From positions 21,233 to 60,044 of the forward strand of contig JBHLPW010000029.1 of NCBI GenBank assembly GCA_048939015.1: 38,812 bases of DNA, written 5' to 3'. A program made the position numbers and the translations under genes. Origin of the DNA: Promethearchaeota archaeon (GTDB lineage Archaea; Asgardarchaeota; Lokiarchaeia; Sigyniarchaeales; SOKP01). How positions within the stretch are numbered: the first letter of the stretch is position 1; each line of letters starts with the position of its first letter. The notes beneath the pieces were generated by a model. It was not told the origin of the DNA. It was given only the letters and a program-made list of their open reading frames with translations, and did not search any database. Below are positions 37,430-38,812 of the stretch, piece after piece.

Positions 37430-37826
37430 CGGAGCTAAACCTAAATTTATTAAAATTAAGTGTCGAAATTCACATTTTTTCATTCCATTAGCTATTACAA
37501 TAAATAATGAATATAGACATTTTTCGAGGTTCTGGTATCTTGATACTGGAGCCTCAAACTGTATGATACCTGAAAGTTTAAATACAGAATTATTCAAGTT
37601 TAAAATTGTCGGTACTGATATTGTAAGAACTGGAAGCCATGATAAAAATCTTGAATATGTAGAATTACCAGAATTATCATTTTTTTACTCTAAAGGTAAT
37701 AAAACCAAATTTAAGGGAAAAAAGAAAGTGAAAGCTTGGCTAGGAAATGATTTTATTGTAGGAATGAATTTTCTAACTTCATTTGAGTTTTGTATCAAGA
37801 AAAAGAATTTGGAAATTAAAATTTGA
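37425..37826 (+). CDS. Retropepsin-like (clan AA) aspartic protease, open frame lacking a canonical start before the catalytic motif
   Basis: Frame is open from 37425: FNGAKPKFIKIKCRNSHFFIPLAITINNEYRHFSRFWYL-DTGASNC-MIPESL...FIVGMNFL. The first ATG (37563) lies after the DTG motif. Confidence 0.7.
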   Translation, partial: FNGAKPKFIKIKCRNSHFFIPLAITINNEYRHFSRFWYLDTGASNCMIPESLNTELFKFKIVGTDIVRTGSHDKNLEYVELPELSFFYSKGNKTKFKGKKKVKAWLGNDFIVGMNFLTSFEFCIKKKNLEIKI

Positions 37827-37928
37827 ATGCCTTTCACTTTTTAAAGAAAAGTAATAAGCATTAAATACATAATAATATTTATAGAATCCAAATATTTATC
37901 TTAAATTTAAAAGTAAGGAGATCCAATC

Positions 37929-38243
37929 ATGGTAGAATTGATATTTGAATTAATCACTTTTCTAATATATGGGTGGTTTTTCGGTTTTTTAACCGGTATA
38001 TTTATGACAAGACCAAAAAATATGAAACCTGAAGAAGTTAGGTATAGATTTAGATTTCTAGGGATAATCATTGCTGATGGGATCGCTGCTTTGTTACCTA
38101 TTATTTTCTCAATTGTTGGGATTTTTGGTTATAGTATAGGATTAGTAATAGGGTTATTTACAGGGATATATTTCAGGATTTGGGATAATAAAAAGGATAA
38201 TCCTATTCTTTTAAGGCACCAATTACAAAGAAAGAGTTCATGA
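37929..38243 (+). CDS. Small membrane protein (about 3 TM)
   Basis: Gly-rich hydrophobic helices; AAGGAG RBS upstream. Confidence 0.7.
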   Translation: MVELIFELITFLIYGWFFGFLTGIFMTRPKNMKPEEVRYRFRFLGIIIADGIAALLPIIFSIVGIFGYSIGLVIGLFTGIYFRIWDNKKDNPILLRHQLQRKSS

Positions 38244-38277
38244 GCATTCCTTAAAATATAAATTATTAAATTTTTTT

Positions 38278-38812
38278 TTTATACCGTATTTCGGATTATT
38301 TAGAGCCCTTTCGCACTTTAAAAATATGGAGGATGCTTTAGGAACTGGAAAGAATTATATTTATTGTGTAGAAACAGGATTAAGTGCCAATCCTTTAATG
38401 GTCAGAAGAATTTCAGATTTAAATAGAGTTTCTTTAATATCTAATTCTGATAGCCATTCTCCATATTATCATAGAATTGGAAGAGAGGCAACAGTATTTA
38501 ATATTAATAAATTAAATTACCAAAATGTAATCAATTCAATTAGAAAAAATAAAATTATTAAGACATATGAATTCAAGCCATCACAAGGTAAATATTATTA
38601 TAATGGCCATAGACCAGAACGTCACAATGGAAACCAGGATTATTTTTGCAGTCCAAAGCTTAATATCGATTATTGTCCTTACTGTAAAAAAAAACTAACT
38701 ACTGGTGTATTAGCTCGTGTTCAAGAATTAAGTGATCAAGAAAACCCATTTCAATTAAAGTTCCAATATATTGTGCCATTATTACACCTAATTTCAATAG
38801 TTTTAGGAGGAT
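38278..38812 (+). pseudogene. 5'-truncated endonuclease Q (PHP-domain) family gene, runs off window
   Basis: Manual translation: IPYFGLF...VETGLSANP...ISNSDSHS...RIGREA...GKYYYNGHR...CPYCKKKLTTGVLARVQELSD. In-frame stop at 38212, and the N-terminal PHP HxH motif is absent. Confidence 0.75.

Overview
AT-rich archaeal chromosomal segment, most likely Asgard (Lokiarchaeota-like). The lineage call is an inference from Roadblock/longin-like proteins, an MglA/Arf-like small GTPase, a ubiquitin-like protein, TFB paralogues and a protein family I recall as Loki-expanded. The centre (about 13.9-30.3 kb) is a type IV pilus locus: VirB11/TadA-family ATPase, TadC/GspF platform, Flp-like pilin, Ig-domain minor pilin and A24 prepilin peptidase. 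It is interleaved with a polytopic membrane-anchored HerA/VirB4/VirD4-like ATPase and several small membrane proteins, and ends in two divergent TFB paralogues. I read it as a candidate Asgard DNA uptake/exchange system functionally analogous to Sulfolobales Ups-Ced-TFB3. A small GTPase/Roadblock/longin module lies to its left. The left end has a GIY-YIG nuclease with HTH repeats, followed by four co-oriented 17-bp repeats (TGATTTTTACCTACCTA), each followed by a unique GC-rich ~32-nt tail; these bracket a 759-aa gene. The right part has a GG-motif ubiquitin-like gene between two tnpB 3'-end remnants, a C45 Ntn-hydrolase, a YwgA/Panacea-like plus HD dNTPase-like pair, a GC-rich structured intergenic element, a DUF5678-like ORF out of frame with a start-less retropepsin, and a 5'-truncated EndoQ-like gene. 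No rRNA, tRNA or canonical CRISPR array was seen. All family calls come from motif recognition by eye, not database searches.
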